A stretch of DNA of 64,000 bases from an uncultured Thermococci archaeon (GCA_964595645.1 CAZQQT010000005.1:32001-96000); one strand, 5' to 3'. Shown: positions 1 through 10,850, counted from the stretch's first letter. Numbers and translations: made by a program. The notes: generated by a model from the letters alone, not told the origin.

Positions 1-735
1 AAGTGTGAGTGTGCATTCTGAACAGATGGGCAACTGTTTCCAAGAATCTACAACATTCAAACTCTGAGCAAAACCTTTTGGATTAACCGTATAAAATGAA
101 AAAGGCTCTCTAGGCCTTGAAACTTCTTTTTCTTCACCACAAAGGTAACATACCCCCTCTTCTAAAGGCACATCGGGTACCCAGAATTCACTCATGCCTT
201 CTTCCTTTAAGATACTATTAAATATTTCAAGATCTCCAATATGTTTTTGACCCCCATCCGTTTGAAAGGTAATAGTCAGTAAAGAATTTTTCTTAGAATC
301 CGATTCAAAAGATTTGAATTTCTGTTTCACATCCGATAATATGTTCTCTTCAATTTCTTTTTCTTCCGTTAGTTTCTCTTTAAGATTTTTAATAAAGTCG
401 TTAGAAAGATATTTATCAAATTTTCTGAACCAGTATGCTACCCTCCATGAGGTTTTTTCCAAAGTACTAATTTTGTCTGTCGGGGTAATTCTAAATCTAT
501 GGGAGGGATGATCACGATAAAGATACTTAGTTAATTTTGAAGTATCATAATCCTCGATATGCACACCAGCGTAATCTAACTTACCATTTTCTAAATTAAA
601 ATCTATGCATATTACTTTTGCATTTCCCTCCTCAATTACTCTTTTGTTAAGTGGCTGATCCACTATTATATTCAACGGTTCAAGGTTCTTATGATCAATT
701 GCAAATTCTCCTATCTCTTTTACTTCCTTTAACAT
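1..735 (-). CDS. cas8b: Type I-B Cascade large subunit Cas8b (TM1802/Csh1-like), runs off the window edge
   Basis: Hand translation from the ATG at 735 (SD GGGGATGA): MLKEVKEIGEF...GVCYLCGEEKEV...PFSFYTVNPKGFA...SWKQLPICSEC, open to position 1. The CxxC...FxFYT...GF...PICxxC pattern is typical of Cas8b1. Near cas6 and an ATTGAAAT-ended array. Confidence 0.85.
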   Translation of the reverse strand, partial: MLKEVKEIGEFAIDHKNLEPLNIIVDQPLNKRVIEEGNAKVICIDFNLENGKLDYAGVHIEDYDTSKLTKYLYRDHPSHRFRITPTDKISTLEKTSWRVAYWFRKFDKYLSNDFIKNLKEKLTEEKEIEENILSDVKQKFKSFESDSKKNSLLTITFQTDGGQKHIGDLEIFNSILKEEGMSEFWVPDVPLEEGVCYLCGEEKEVSRPREPFSFYTVNPKGFAQSLNVVDSWKQLPICSECTLTL

Positions 736-874
736 TTTACTTTTCATCCCCATTGGTCAAAGTGAAAGAATTTCTCATAACATTTTTTTCCTTCAGCCAC
801 TGTTCTAACACAAATACCCTCCTTTTCAACGGTAAAAAAGGAGTACTTTCATACTCCTATTTTAAGTAGAAACA

Positions 875-895
875 CTGCTATTTAAATCTTTCGGA
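875..895 (-). promoter_or_regulatory. BRE/TATA promoter of the cas8b operon
   Basis: Minus strand CCGAAAGATTTAAATAG; TATA at 879-886, predicted start about 852-856. Confidence 0.55.
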
Positions 896-1239
896 AAAAA
901 CTTAATTTCTACATTTTCTAGTAGAGCCTATTAAATAGTTACATTTCATTTCTATCTATTTCACTGATAAGAGAGAGTGACTTTTTCCATACGTCTTCTT
1001 TTTCTTCTTTTCTTCTTCAAGCTTTTCCAAAGTATAACAGACAGTTGCATTTAACATCTCGCAACGTAGTGGTAGAACCGTGTGATACGCATCTGTTCAA
1101 CTATATTCTGTCGGCGTCTACTCCCTAGTAGGTTCATAGAGACATAGTTGGCGGCTTCACTATTACAGAGTATAAACTACTTCTGCTTGATATGGGATTT
1201 ATTCGTATAGATTTCTATTAAAATACTCCAGATCAATTT

Positions 1240-1791
1240 TCAATCTGATGGTGGAATAAAATCTCTTATTTTATCTATGTTAGGATTTATCTTACCATAC
1301 CTAGTCAAAGAAAACATGATATCGATGAGTTCAGGTTTTTCTCTGAGAAATTCCTTATACTCTCTTCGTATCGTATCGTAGTATTTCCTTGCTGTGGCCC
1401 AATCCTTTGCTGCAAACACTATTATCCAATCGTATGTGCCGTTCATGTAAAAGCTATCCACCACTCTCGCACTGCATTTCTCTGCTTTATGACTCACTAC
1501 CCGCTCCATGAGGAGATCAACCTGCTCTTTAGAGATAGGTTCCATCTTCATTAAAATAATGAAAGACTTCCACCCCATTTTTTCCTCATCTATGACTGCA
1601 GTATATCCCCATATCGTCCGATTTTTCTCCAATTCCTTTACTTTTCGCCATATTTTTTGTCTGTACGTATCAAACTTTTCTGCTATCTCAGAAAAGGTCT
1701 GTTTAGGGTTTTTTAACAATTCATTGATGAGATCCTCGTTCTTGTAGAGAGTTGTGTCACAACCGTTAAATTTTTCGCTCATATCTATCAC
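1240..1791 (-). CDS. Lrp/AsnC family transcriptional regulator
   Basis: N-terminal HTH (FSEIAEKFDTYRQKIWRKVKELEK, GYTAVID) plus RAM-like domain (GTYDWII); divergent from the amino-acid operon. Confidence 0.85.
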   Translation of the reverse strand: MIDMSEKFNGCDTTLYKNEDLINELLKNPKQTFSEIAEKFDTYRQKIWRKVKELEKNRTIWGYTAVIDEEKMGWKSFIILMKMEPISKEQVDLLMERVVSHKAEKCSARVVDSFYMNGTYDWIIVFAAKDWATARKYYDTIRREYKEFLREKPELIDIMFSLTRYGKINPNIDKIRDFIPPSD

Positions 1792-1933
1792 TTTGTCACA
1801 TATAATCCTTACAAAAGTTTAAAAAGTTTACTCTTATACCCTGAACGATGGACAGATGTAACCAACGACGATAGTAAAGTTATGAGTTGCTCAAAGGTTG
1901 CGTCTGTACCAAAGAAACTATAGGAGGTGAAAA

Positions 1934-3169
1934 ATGAAAAAGAAAAGAAAGCTGATCAAAGCAGGAAAAATAATAGATGGGACAGGCCGTGACCCTATCG
2001 AAAACAAAGTGATTGCCATTGAAGAGAATGTCATCAGCTTCATCGGTGATGAAAGTGATCTTAATGAGGAATATGACACCGTTATCGACCTTTCCGAATA
2101 TACAGTGCTACCAGGACTAATAGATTGTCATCTGCACACCAGTTTCAATGGAGAGTCCGATTACTACAATATAGTGTTGGAACAGTCTGCTCCGTATCGA
2201 ACGTTGACATCTCTCCGCAATGTACAGAGCGATCTCAATGCAGGATTTACTACAATACGAGTGATGGGAGAAAAGTCGCATCTGGATATTGCCCTAAAAA
2301 ATGCTATAGAACGAGGCATTGTTGAGGGACCTCGAATAGTAGCAGCAGGACAAAATATCACCGTTACAGGAGGACATGCCGATCTTTGGCTTGCTCCAGA
2401 CATCGAGTACAAACAAGGGCTCGGTGGGATAATCGTTGATGGACCAGAAGAATTTAGAAAGGCCGCAAGAATACAACTCAAACGTGGAGCTGATGTCGTC
2501 AAACTTGTTGTGACGGGAGGAATTATGTCAGCCGGCGGCGATCCCGGAATGCCGTATCATAGCCCCGAAGAGATCAGAGCCGCTGTAGAAGAAGCTCATC
2601 GCCTAGGGAAAAAGGTAGCAGCCCACTGTCACGGCGCAAAAGGAGCAAAAATATCGGTGGAACAGGGAGTTGACACAATAGAACATGGAACATATCTCAT
2701 AGATGAACCTGCTGTAATTGATCTCATGGCCAAAAACAAAGCATTTTTGGTACCAACGTTAAAGGCTACAATACTCCATGAGGACGAAATTGACAATCTT
2801 CCCGATTTCTATGTGAGGAAAACAAAAGAAGCTCAAGGCAAGGCAATTGAAAGCGTGAAATACGCATTAAAAGCCGGCGTACGTATTGCAGCGGGTACAG
2901 ATGCAGGTTCACCCGGTAATAAGCACGGAAAAAATGCCCAAGAACTTGAGATGATGGTTAAAGCAGGGATGTCAGAGATGGAAGCGATTGTAGCCGCTAC
3001 AAAGACCTCAAGTGAGTGTGTCGGGTTGGAGAAAAAAATAGGAACTCTTGAAGAAAAAAAATATGCAGATATTATTGCAGTAAGGAGAGATCCGCTCTCG
3101 GATATCTCAGTTCTGCAGGATGTAGATTTTGTAATGAAAAATGGAGATGTATATAAGGAGGTAAAATAA
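1934..3169 (+). CDS. Amidohydrolase family protein (Xaa-Pro dipeptidase/carboxypeptidase-like)
   Basis: PGLIDCHLH, GADVVK, AHCHG, IEHG and GTDAG motifs; SD AGGAGGTGA. Confidence 0.9.
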   Translation: MKKKRKLIKAGKIIDGTGRDPIENKVIAIEENVISFIGDESDLNEEYDTVIDLSEYTVLPGLIDCHLHTSFNGESDYYNIVLEQSAPYRTLTSLRNVQSDLNAGFTTIRVMGEKSHLDIALKNAIERGIVEGPRIVAAGQNITVTGGHADLWLAPDIEYKQGLGGIIVDGPEEFRKAARIQLKRGADVVKLVVTGGIMSAGGDPGMPYHSPEEIRAAVEEAHRLGKKVAAHCHGAKGAKISVEQGVDTIEHGTYLIDEPAVIDLMAKNKAFLVPTLKATILHEDEIDNLPDFYVRKTKEAQGKAIESVKYALKAGVRIAAGTDAGSPGNKHGKNAQELEMMVKAGMSEMEAIVAATKTSSECVGLEKKIGTLEEKKYADIIAVRRDPLSDISVLQDVDFVMKNGDVYKEVK

Positions 3170-4513
3170 ATGGAATTAGAGACAGTACTGTTAGATGTAT
3201 CTATAGTAGCAGCTCTTCTATTGGTAGGAGCAATAATACGTGCTAAGGTAAAAATACTACAACGATATGTAATACCTGCAGCAGTGATTGGGGGTCTCAT
3301 TGGCCTTCTATTGGGACACAACGGACTGGGTGTGCTTCCAACAACACAGGAATACTCACAGTATGCCGCTGTCTTGATTAACCTGGTGTTTGCAGGGATA
3401 TTTATTGGTAGAACGATACCACCATTAAAAAAATTAGGAGAAACTGCAGGAGCACAGACATTTTATGCCGTGTTCAGTAACTTTGGTCAAATAGCTGTAG
3501 GAATGCTAGTAGTCATCGTATTTTCAGCTCTAGGCTATGCGATACACTCTACGTTCGGGATGCAACTCATCCTCGGCTTTCAGGGAGGAGTGGGTGTTCC
3601 TTCGGCCTTCGCCCCCATGTACGAAAACCTGGGATGGACATCCGAGGCTGCTAGAGCTGTAGGAGAAACCTGTGCAGTGACCGGCCTTGTACTATCGATA
3701 GCTATTGGATTCCTTGCAATAAACCTTGGAGTCGTTCGCGGATTTACCAAGAAAAATTTCTTTAAGGAAGGTAAAAGGGTAGAATCTCGTACTTTTGTTC
3801 CCAAAAAAGAGCGTAAGTCGATTGGAAACGGAATAACGAATCCCGAAGCATTGAGTACACTGGCCTATAACTTCGGTTTTATGGCCTTGGCGATATTAGG
3901 CGGGAAGATAGTACAGTGGGCACTCGTCTCGAACTTCTCCCAGCTACGGTTCATACCGCTGTTTCCCTTCGTCCTCGTTGGAGGAATACTAGTACAGATT
4001 ATACTGCAAAAGACCGGTCTAGATGCGTACGTGGATAGAGGAACGGTTGGATCGATTTCATCGATCGCCCTCGACGTGCTGATTGTGACTGCGTTGATAA
4101 GTATACGACCCGATATGGTAGTGATGTACGTCCTCCCACTGACGGTAGTGATTGTACTGGGTATTGTGTTTAACCTATGGCAGATGACTTGGCTTGCTCC
4201 CCGGGTGCTTCCAGGTGCCTGGTTCGAGAAAGCTCTCTCTGAGTGGGGGCAGGGAACAGGATCAACGCCCTCAGCGATGCTTCTTCTCAGATCTGTAGAC
4301 CCGGAACTGGAGACAGGAGCGGCAGAAGCCTTTGGCCTGAAAATGTTCTTCACAAGCCCCACAATGGTGCCGATGCTAATGTTAATCTCGCCAGTTGTTG
4401 TTTCGAGAGGGCCGTTGTTCGTTTTGGGCATTTACCTCGCGGGAATGATCGCCATTATCGTGGGTCTTCGAGCATTCGCGTGGATAAAACGTCCTGATGT
4501 CAAATGGATATAA
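3170..4513 (+). CDS. Sodium:glutamate symporter family (GltS-like) transporter
   Basis: About 11 TM segments; LQRYVIPAAVIGG, GFQGGVG and GQGTGSTPSAMLLLRSVDP re-entrant motifs. Confidence 0.8.
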   Translation: MELETVLLDVSIVAALLLVGAIIRAKVKILQRYVIPAAVIGGLIGLLLGHNGLGVLPTTQEYSQYAAVLINLVFAGIFIGRTIPPLKKLGETAGAQTFYAVFSNFGQIAVGMLVVIVFSALGYAIHSTFGMQLILGFQGGVGVPSAFAPMYENLGWTSEAARAVGETCAVTGLVLSIAIGFLAINLGVVRGFTKKNFFKEGKRVESRTFVPKKERKSIGNGITNPEALSTLAYNFGFMALAILGGKIVQWALVSNFSQLRFIPLFPFVLVGGILVQIILQKTGLDAYVDRGTVGSISSIALDVLIVTALISIRPDMVVMYVLPLTVVIVLGIVFNLWQMTWLAPRVLPGAWFEKALSEWGQGTGSTPSAMLLLRSVDPELETGAAEAFGLKMFFTSPTMVPMLMLISPVVVSRGPLFVLGIYLAGMIAIIVGLRAFAWIKRPDVKWI

Positions 4514-4603
4514 GAGGCTAACGCAAGAAAATGAACGCAGGGAAGTGAGAACATCGGAAAAAAACTTTCGCTTTTCGATGGATGGGTAATCGGTACTGGA
4601 TCA

Positions 4604-5881
4604 ATGATAGGTGCCGCGATATTTGTCGTGAGCGGTGCAATCATTGGAACAGCCGGACCATCCTCTTTTTTATCATTTTTGATTGCCGGAGTTGCTACAT
4701 TAACTGTTGCCCTTTCTTTCTCTAAGCTTGTAACAACATTTCCAGAGAGTAGTGGGGGAATATATGCCTATCCTAAAAAAGTAGTAAAAAAATACGGAAA
4801 ACAGCTTTCCTTCCTCGCAGGATGGTGTTTGTGGGGAGGACAGGGGTTGGGACCTGCTATCGTAGGACTGAGTTTCGCATACTATCTCACGTGGCTGTTG
4901 GATATCCTCGGCCTTTCTTTTACGATAGAAAGAAGGATCATCGCTATTCTTATTATTTTTGTACTTGGAGCTTTTAATAGCAAAGGAACAAACCTCAGCA
5001 AACGAATACAGGCGGTAACGACGTTTTCTATTGTTGTTTGTTTATTAATTTTCTGTTTAACAGGAGTTTTTCATATCGACACTTCTAATTTCACCCCATT
5101 TTTACCGTACGGAACGCAAGGACTGTTAAAAGCTTCTGCCATGGCATCCCTCACCTATGGAGCCTGGTCCACGATCCCCAATGCCTCTCAGGAGTTTTCA
5201 AATCCGAAAAGGGATGTACCACGGAGCATGATATTTTCTTTGGTCACATGTTCAGTTCTGTTTATGTTTGTTATACTGATACAATCCGGTCTCTGCCACT
5301 ATACCTCTCTTTTAAACGCTTCTGCTCCTCTAGCCACAGCCGCATACAAAATAACAAAAAATGCAGGCATTCTTATCGCTTTTGCAGGGCTCTTTGCTAC
5401 AGCTAGCACGTTAAATGGCCTGATCTTCACAGGTTCTCGACTCTTGGCTTCTATGGGTAAAAGTTCACTTCCACAATTCTTGAAAAAAAAACACAAAACA
5501 TTCCACACACCGTATATGGCAATATTATGTACAGTGGCTGGCCAGATTATTTTAGTCATCACCGGCCTCTTCTTGCTAATTGTAGAGATGGTTGTGTTCG
5601 TCACAACAGTTTCTTGGATTATCGGCTGTGTTTCTACACTCGTGCTTAACTATAAGACTGAAGGAAAGATAACGAGCTGCATTTTACCCTTCGTTGCCTT
5701 GATATTCTGTGTAATTTTATGTACTACCCTTGATACGAGGGCGATCCAATTTGGAGTCCTCTGGATTGTATTGGGCCTTGGGGTGCAACAGGTATACGAG
5801 CAAGTTGATAAAGAAAAAATAAAATCGAAGGTTATTTTTCAGGAAAAAGAAGCCTTGGAAGCAATTGATCGGGATCATTAA
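4604..5881 (+). CDS. APC-family amino acid permease (N-terminus apparently frameshifted)
   Basis: GSMIGAAIF TM1, SGGIYAY, EFSNPKRDVPRS and TPYMAI motifs; similarity extends upstream of 4604 with no in-frame ATG. Confidence 0.85.
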   Translation: MIGAAIFVVSGAIIGTAGPSSFLSFLIAGVATLTVALSFSKLVTTFPESSGGIYAYPKKVVKKYGKQLSFLAGWCLWGGQGLGPAIVGLSFAYYLTWLLDILGLSFTIERRIIAILIIFVLGAFNSKGTNLSKRIQAVTTFSIVVCLLIFCLTGVFHIDTSNFTPFLPYGTQGLLKASAMASLTYGAWSTIPNASQEFSNPKRDVPRSMIFSLVTCSVLFMFVILIQSGLCHYTSLLNASAPLATAAYKITKNAGILIAFAGLFATASTLNGLIFTGSRLLASMGKSSLPQFLKKKHKTFHTPYMAILCTVAGQIILVITGLFLLIVEMVVFVTTVSWIIGCVSTLVLNYKTEGKITSCILPFVALIFCVILCTTLDTRAIQFGVLWIVLGLGVQQVYEQVDKEKIKSKVIFQEKEALEAIDRDH

Positions 5882-5980
5882 TACCAAAATCCAGAGGGTG
5901 GTGGATATAGAATTGTCTACACGATCGAGAAGGACGTGGTGAAAGTCATTGACGTGTTCAAACGGGACAAGGGATACTGA
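5828..5980 (+). pseudogene. RelE/ParE-type toxin remnant
   Basis: In frame after the permease stop: YQNPEGGGYRIVYTIEKDVVKVIDVFKRDKGY*, matching the RelE C-terminal GxYRIVYxI...V.V...R...Y pattern. Confidence 0.55.
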
Positions 5981-6034
5981 CAGCTCGTGAGGTTAGTACC
6001 CTACGTGCGTGCCACTCACCCTTCAACGAACACT

Positions 6035-6256
6035 TCATTCCCTACTACCACATACAAAAAGCGATGATTCCCCACTCGTAACCGATGGAACTCTTTTTGA
6101 CGCCTCACCAATGATCTCAAGGTTCCTTATGACTGCATCTACAACCATGTCATTTTTTACAAATTCTTCGTAACTCCGATCTTTGATATAGCGCTCGATT
6201 TTATTCATCGCCTCCACTATGTCCTCAATGAATACCTTATATGTCCTTTCCTTCAT
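6035..6256 (-). pseudogene. Truncated HepT/DUF86 HEPN ribonuclease toxin
   Basis: DAVIRNLEIIGEASKRVP is typical of DUF86, but the ORF diverges and stops at 73 aa with no RxxxxH catalytic motif. Confidence 0.8.
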
Positions 6257-6537
6257 GCGTATGTAACCTCTTCTAGAATTTTATCCTTTAGTTGTGATTT
6301 TAATGCTTTTACTGTAACTAAGTCAACCTCCCTATCTAGTTCCTTTTCAAGGAATTCTTTGAGATCAATAAATTCCCAACCTATCGGTTCAGAAAACTCC
6401 ACAAGAATATCCACATCGCTTCTTTCAGATTCCTCACCTCTCGCAACAGAACCAAAAACTCCTATCCTCTTTACTTTAAACTTCTTTCTCAGGAAGGGCT
6501 TGTGTTTTTTCAAGGTTTTTTCTATTTCTTTTTGCAT
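6253..6537 (-). CDS. MNT minimal nucleotidyltransferase antitoxin
   Basis: FGSVARGE...SDVDILV...VDLV; overlaps the HEPN start by 4 nt. Confidence 0.92.
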   Translation of the reverse strand: MQKEIEKTLKKHKPFLRKKFKVKRIGVFGSVARGEESERSDVDILVEFSEPIGWEFIDLKEFLEKELDREVDLVTVKALKSQLKDKILEEVTYA

Positions 6538-6637
6538 ATTCTTATTGTTGTAGTTTTCTTTTTAAATTTTTTTAACAACATTAATATGTTGCACAATTCA
6601 CAGAGCTAGAGCTCATGTTATATTTGGTTAGCAGTGC

Positions 6638-9600
6638 TTCATGTTCCTATTCTAGTTAAATGAAGACATACCAGATCAGCGCAGATAATTCAACATGGGT
6701 CGAATTTCAATACTATTCTAGTTAAATGAAGACTAAGCGGCATGATCCTTATTGTCGCCCTCACCCCTGATTTCAATACTATTCTAGTTAAATGAAGACT
6801 CGCGGGTACCCACCCAGATGCCCAGTTGTGGATATATTTCAATACTATTCTAGTTAAATGAAGACCGAACTTTGCCCTTAGTTACGCCCTCCACTCTTAT
6901 CAATTTCAATACTATTCTAGTTAAATGAAGACAGAATATGCAGGCACTCTCGAAGTTTGCGCTTGGATTTCAATACTATTCTAGTTAAATGAAGACGTGT
7001 AAAAGCCTTGGTGTTTCTCCTAATTTTTCTTCATTTCAATACTATTCTAGTTAAATGAAGACCTATACAATTTAATATATAGGTTCTTCTGGTTACTTGA
7101 TTTCAATACTATTCTAGTTAAATGAAGACTCGGATCCTGGAAGACCTTGCCACGCTTCCTTAATGTTATTTCAATACTATTCTAGTTAAATGAAGACATG
7201 GGCCACGATGGCTGGCTCATCACATTAGGGATCTATTTCAATACTATTCTAGTTAAATGAAGACTCAGGGCGAGCAGTTTGTAATCACAGAAACGGATAC
7301 ATTTCAATACTATTCTAGTTAAATGAAGACTTATGGAGAGTATTACTCCATACCCTGCACTGTTAAATTTCAATACTATTCTAGTTAAATGAAGACTGGA
7401 GATCGGCACGCCGGAGATCCGCATCCCGGAGATATTTCAATACTATTCTAGTTAAATGAAGACAAGAAAAAATCCACAAAAAAGACTGCTCACGTCGGTA
7501 TTTCAATACTATTCTAGTTAAATGAAGACTTGAGTCGTTTTCACTTGGTACTTGCCACGTCGTTCCATTTCAATACTATTCTAGTTAAATGAAGACCATC
7601 GACAACGACGTCGATGTGATCTCTATGTCCTTATTTCAATACTATTCTAGTTAAATGAAGACTTGTCGTATTCCTTCGGCGATCGGTACAGAGGATGGCC
7701 ATTTCAATACTATTCTAGTTAAATGAAGACCAAATGACATTACGGGAACGGTGACATTTACAGAAGGCATTTCAATACTATTCTAGTTAAATGAAGACGT
7801 TACAAGTTTGGTCAGGTATCTCATGAGGTTGATATTTCAATACTATTCTAGTTAAATGAAGACTGGTACTGTACGGTTTTCTCTTTATTCTTCTCCTTGA
7901 TTTCAATACTATTCTAGTTAAATGAAGACCAACATTCAGAACTTGTAATTGAGTCCACAGTTCTATATTTCAATACTATTCTAGTTAAATGAAGACATAT
8001 ATGTGTCTGTCGTGGTCATCCTCACTTCAAAGATTTCAATACTATTCTAGTTAAATGAAGACCTAAAAAAAGGAGAAGTAGAGGGCTATACTGAGCCGCA
8101 TTTCAATACTATTCTAGTTAAATGAAGACTATATTCTTCCCATTCACCTTCTTCATTTAAAGCATATTTCAATACTATTCTAGTTAAATGAAGACTGTAG
8201 CACAAGAAAAATAGGCTCTAGTTTTGTCGCCAATTTCAATACTATTCTAGTTAAATGAAGACTCGATCTCTCCAATATTGATATGGTACACCATCCACAT
8301 TTCAATACTATTCTAGTTAAATGAAGACCTAAAATAGCATCGGATTCTTCAATACTACACACATCTTTATTTCAATACTATTCTAGTTAAATGAAGACTT
8401 TTAATTCATCCAATCTCTCTTTTATTTCCTTTATTATTTCAATACTATTCTAGTTAAATGAAGACATGTTACATGAGGGTGCTCCCTCGATCTGGAACAT
8501 CATTTCAATACTATTCTAGTTAAATGAAGACCCAGGTCCGCATGGCCATGGGGGTGGTCTGCGATTTCAATACTATTCTAGTTAAATGAAGACAGAGAGT
8601 TAAGAATCTAGTAGAAAAGGATATTATTACATTTCAATACTATTCTAGTTAAATGAAGACATGATTTGGGTGAGACAGAACCAACATGGACTAGTAAATT
8701 TCAATACTATTCTAGTTAAATGAAGACGAAACTATACCTGTTATAATAAATATAATGATTGATATATTTCAATACTATTCTAGTTAAATGAAGACCGTTC
8801 CGATAAGACTACAATCCAGTCCATAGACCTCATTTCAATACTATTCTAGTTAAATGAAGACGCGGGTCTTATAAACTCCAATATGCAATGACTCCGACAT
8901 TTCAATACTATTCTAGTTAAATGAAGACTTTTTGTTGTAATGGTGACTATTGGCGGAACGATACTATTTCAATACTATTCTAGTTAAATGAAGACTATTT
9001 CTTTGTTTGCTCGTTTTGCACCACGCACCCAATTTCAATACTATTCTAGTTAAATGAAGACCAGTACTATGATGAAACTGAACAGGTCGATGTATATTTC
9101 AATACTATTCTAGTTAAATGAAGACCTAACACTAGAACTCTTCTGAGTGTATTCACTCCATATTTCAATACTATTCTAGTTAAATGAAGACGGACAGGAA
9201 CAAGAAAAGAAAAAGAAGAGTATCAACATTTCAATACTATTCTAGTTAAATGAAGACCAGCACAGGCTATGGAGATTTTTAGAACAAAATTTAAATTTCA
9301 ATACTATTCTAGTTAAATGAAGACAAGAATATTGAATACTTTGCATAAATTCATTGATTTATTTCAATACTATTCTAGTTAAATGAAGACATGATATGTC
9401 CAACATAAATACAGACATCGGTCTCGGATTTCAATACTATTCTAGTTAAATGAAGACGCACATCGGAAGCAAATGGTGAAACTATAAAAGAAGATTTCAA
9501 TACTATTCTAGTTAAATGAAGACATATATGTGTCTGTCGTGGTCATCCTCACTTCAAAGATTTCAATACTATTCTAGTTAAATGAAGACAACAATTAACC

Positions 9601-10850
9601 CACTCGATGAAGAGATATTAGAAGAATTTCAATACTATTCTAGTTAAATGAAGACTTATGGCGATGCTGTATATCTTAGCGATTCTGTAGAATTTCAATA
9701 CTATTCTAGTTAAATGAAGACATAAACTATCACACAGTGAATTTGATGATAATCTTAAATTTCAATACTATTCTAGTTAAATGAAGACTTTCCCTTCCCC
9801 TTTTTGCAAGACCCCCAATTGTTCATTTCAATACTATTCTAGTTAAATGAAGACGAGCACATCATGAACCAAATATGGGATCCCAAACATCCAATTTCAA
9901 TACTATTCTAGTTAAATGAAGACATGTAGAACCAGAAATATTGGAGATAGTTGCTATTGAATTTCAATACTATTCTAGTTAAATGAAGACTCCTTTTTCC
10001 CATCACGTTACTATGTTCCTTTCCTAATTTCAATACTATTCTAGTTAAATGAAGACCTTCGAAAAATACAGCCTTTGACAATATGCCAACATATTTCAAT
10101 ACTATTCTAGTTAAATGAAGACTTTTTGTTCTTTTTCTGATTTCTTTCTTATATATACATTTCAATACTATTCTAGTTAAATGAAGACATAGTGGGGTTG
10201 ATTCTGACGATGATTCAGATTATTGATTTCAATACTATTCTAGTTAAATGAAGACAAACTCATTTATTCACCTCTTTCACTTCAACATCATCATTTCAAT
10301 ACTATTCTAGTTAAATGAAGACTACTGACCATTCCCGCATCCACCTTTACCGTTGCGGATTTCAATACTATTCTAGTTAAATGAAGACGTATTAAGGTCT
10401 TTTTAGGTTAAGGTCTTTTTAGTTATTTCAATACTATTCTAGTTAAATGAAGACTTTCGTAAACTACATAATCAAAAATTCCCGTGTATCTAATTTCAAT
10501 ACTATTCTAGTTAAATGAAGACTCAATCATCTCGGAAGCAATGAACATTCTATCTTTTATTTCAATACTATTCTAGTTAAATGAAGACCAAAAATTCTCG
10601 TAGACAAAGTATTTGTTGAAGACATTTCAATACTATTCTAGTTAAATGAAGACCATGGTGCATTATAGTAATCTACAAAACATCCATGGATTTCAATACT
10701 ATTCTAGTTAAATGAAGACACAAGAAGAAAAACTATATCAAAAAATAGGGATTTATTTCAATACTATTCTAGTTAAATGAAGACTGCTCTATCAGACAGT
10801 GAATTTGATGATAATCTTAAATTTCAATACTATTCTAGTTAAATGAAGAC
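6638..10850 (-). CRISPR. CRISPR array: 64 repeats (63 identical plus 1 degenerate terminal copy) and 63 spacers of 32-40 nt; repeat GTCTTCATTTAACTAGAATAGTATTGAAAT
   Basis: 30-nt repeat with a period of about 66 nt, counted by hand. The ATTGAAAT 3' handle, degenerate copy at 6638-6667 and TATA-containing leader at 10851+ give minus-strand transcription. Confidence 0.98.

Noticed and set aside
7233-10165. ORFs with repeating SLHLTRIVLK
   Set aside because: These are translations of the CRISPR repeats, not proteins.
6668-10820. Self-targeting spacers
   Set aside because: No match to this window was noticed by eye; an exhaustive BLASTN is needed before claiming either way.
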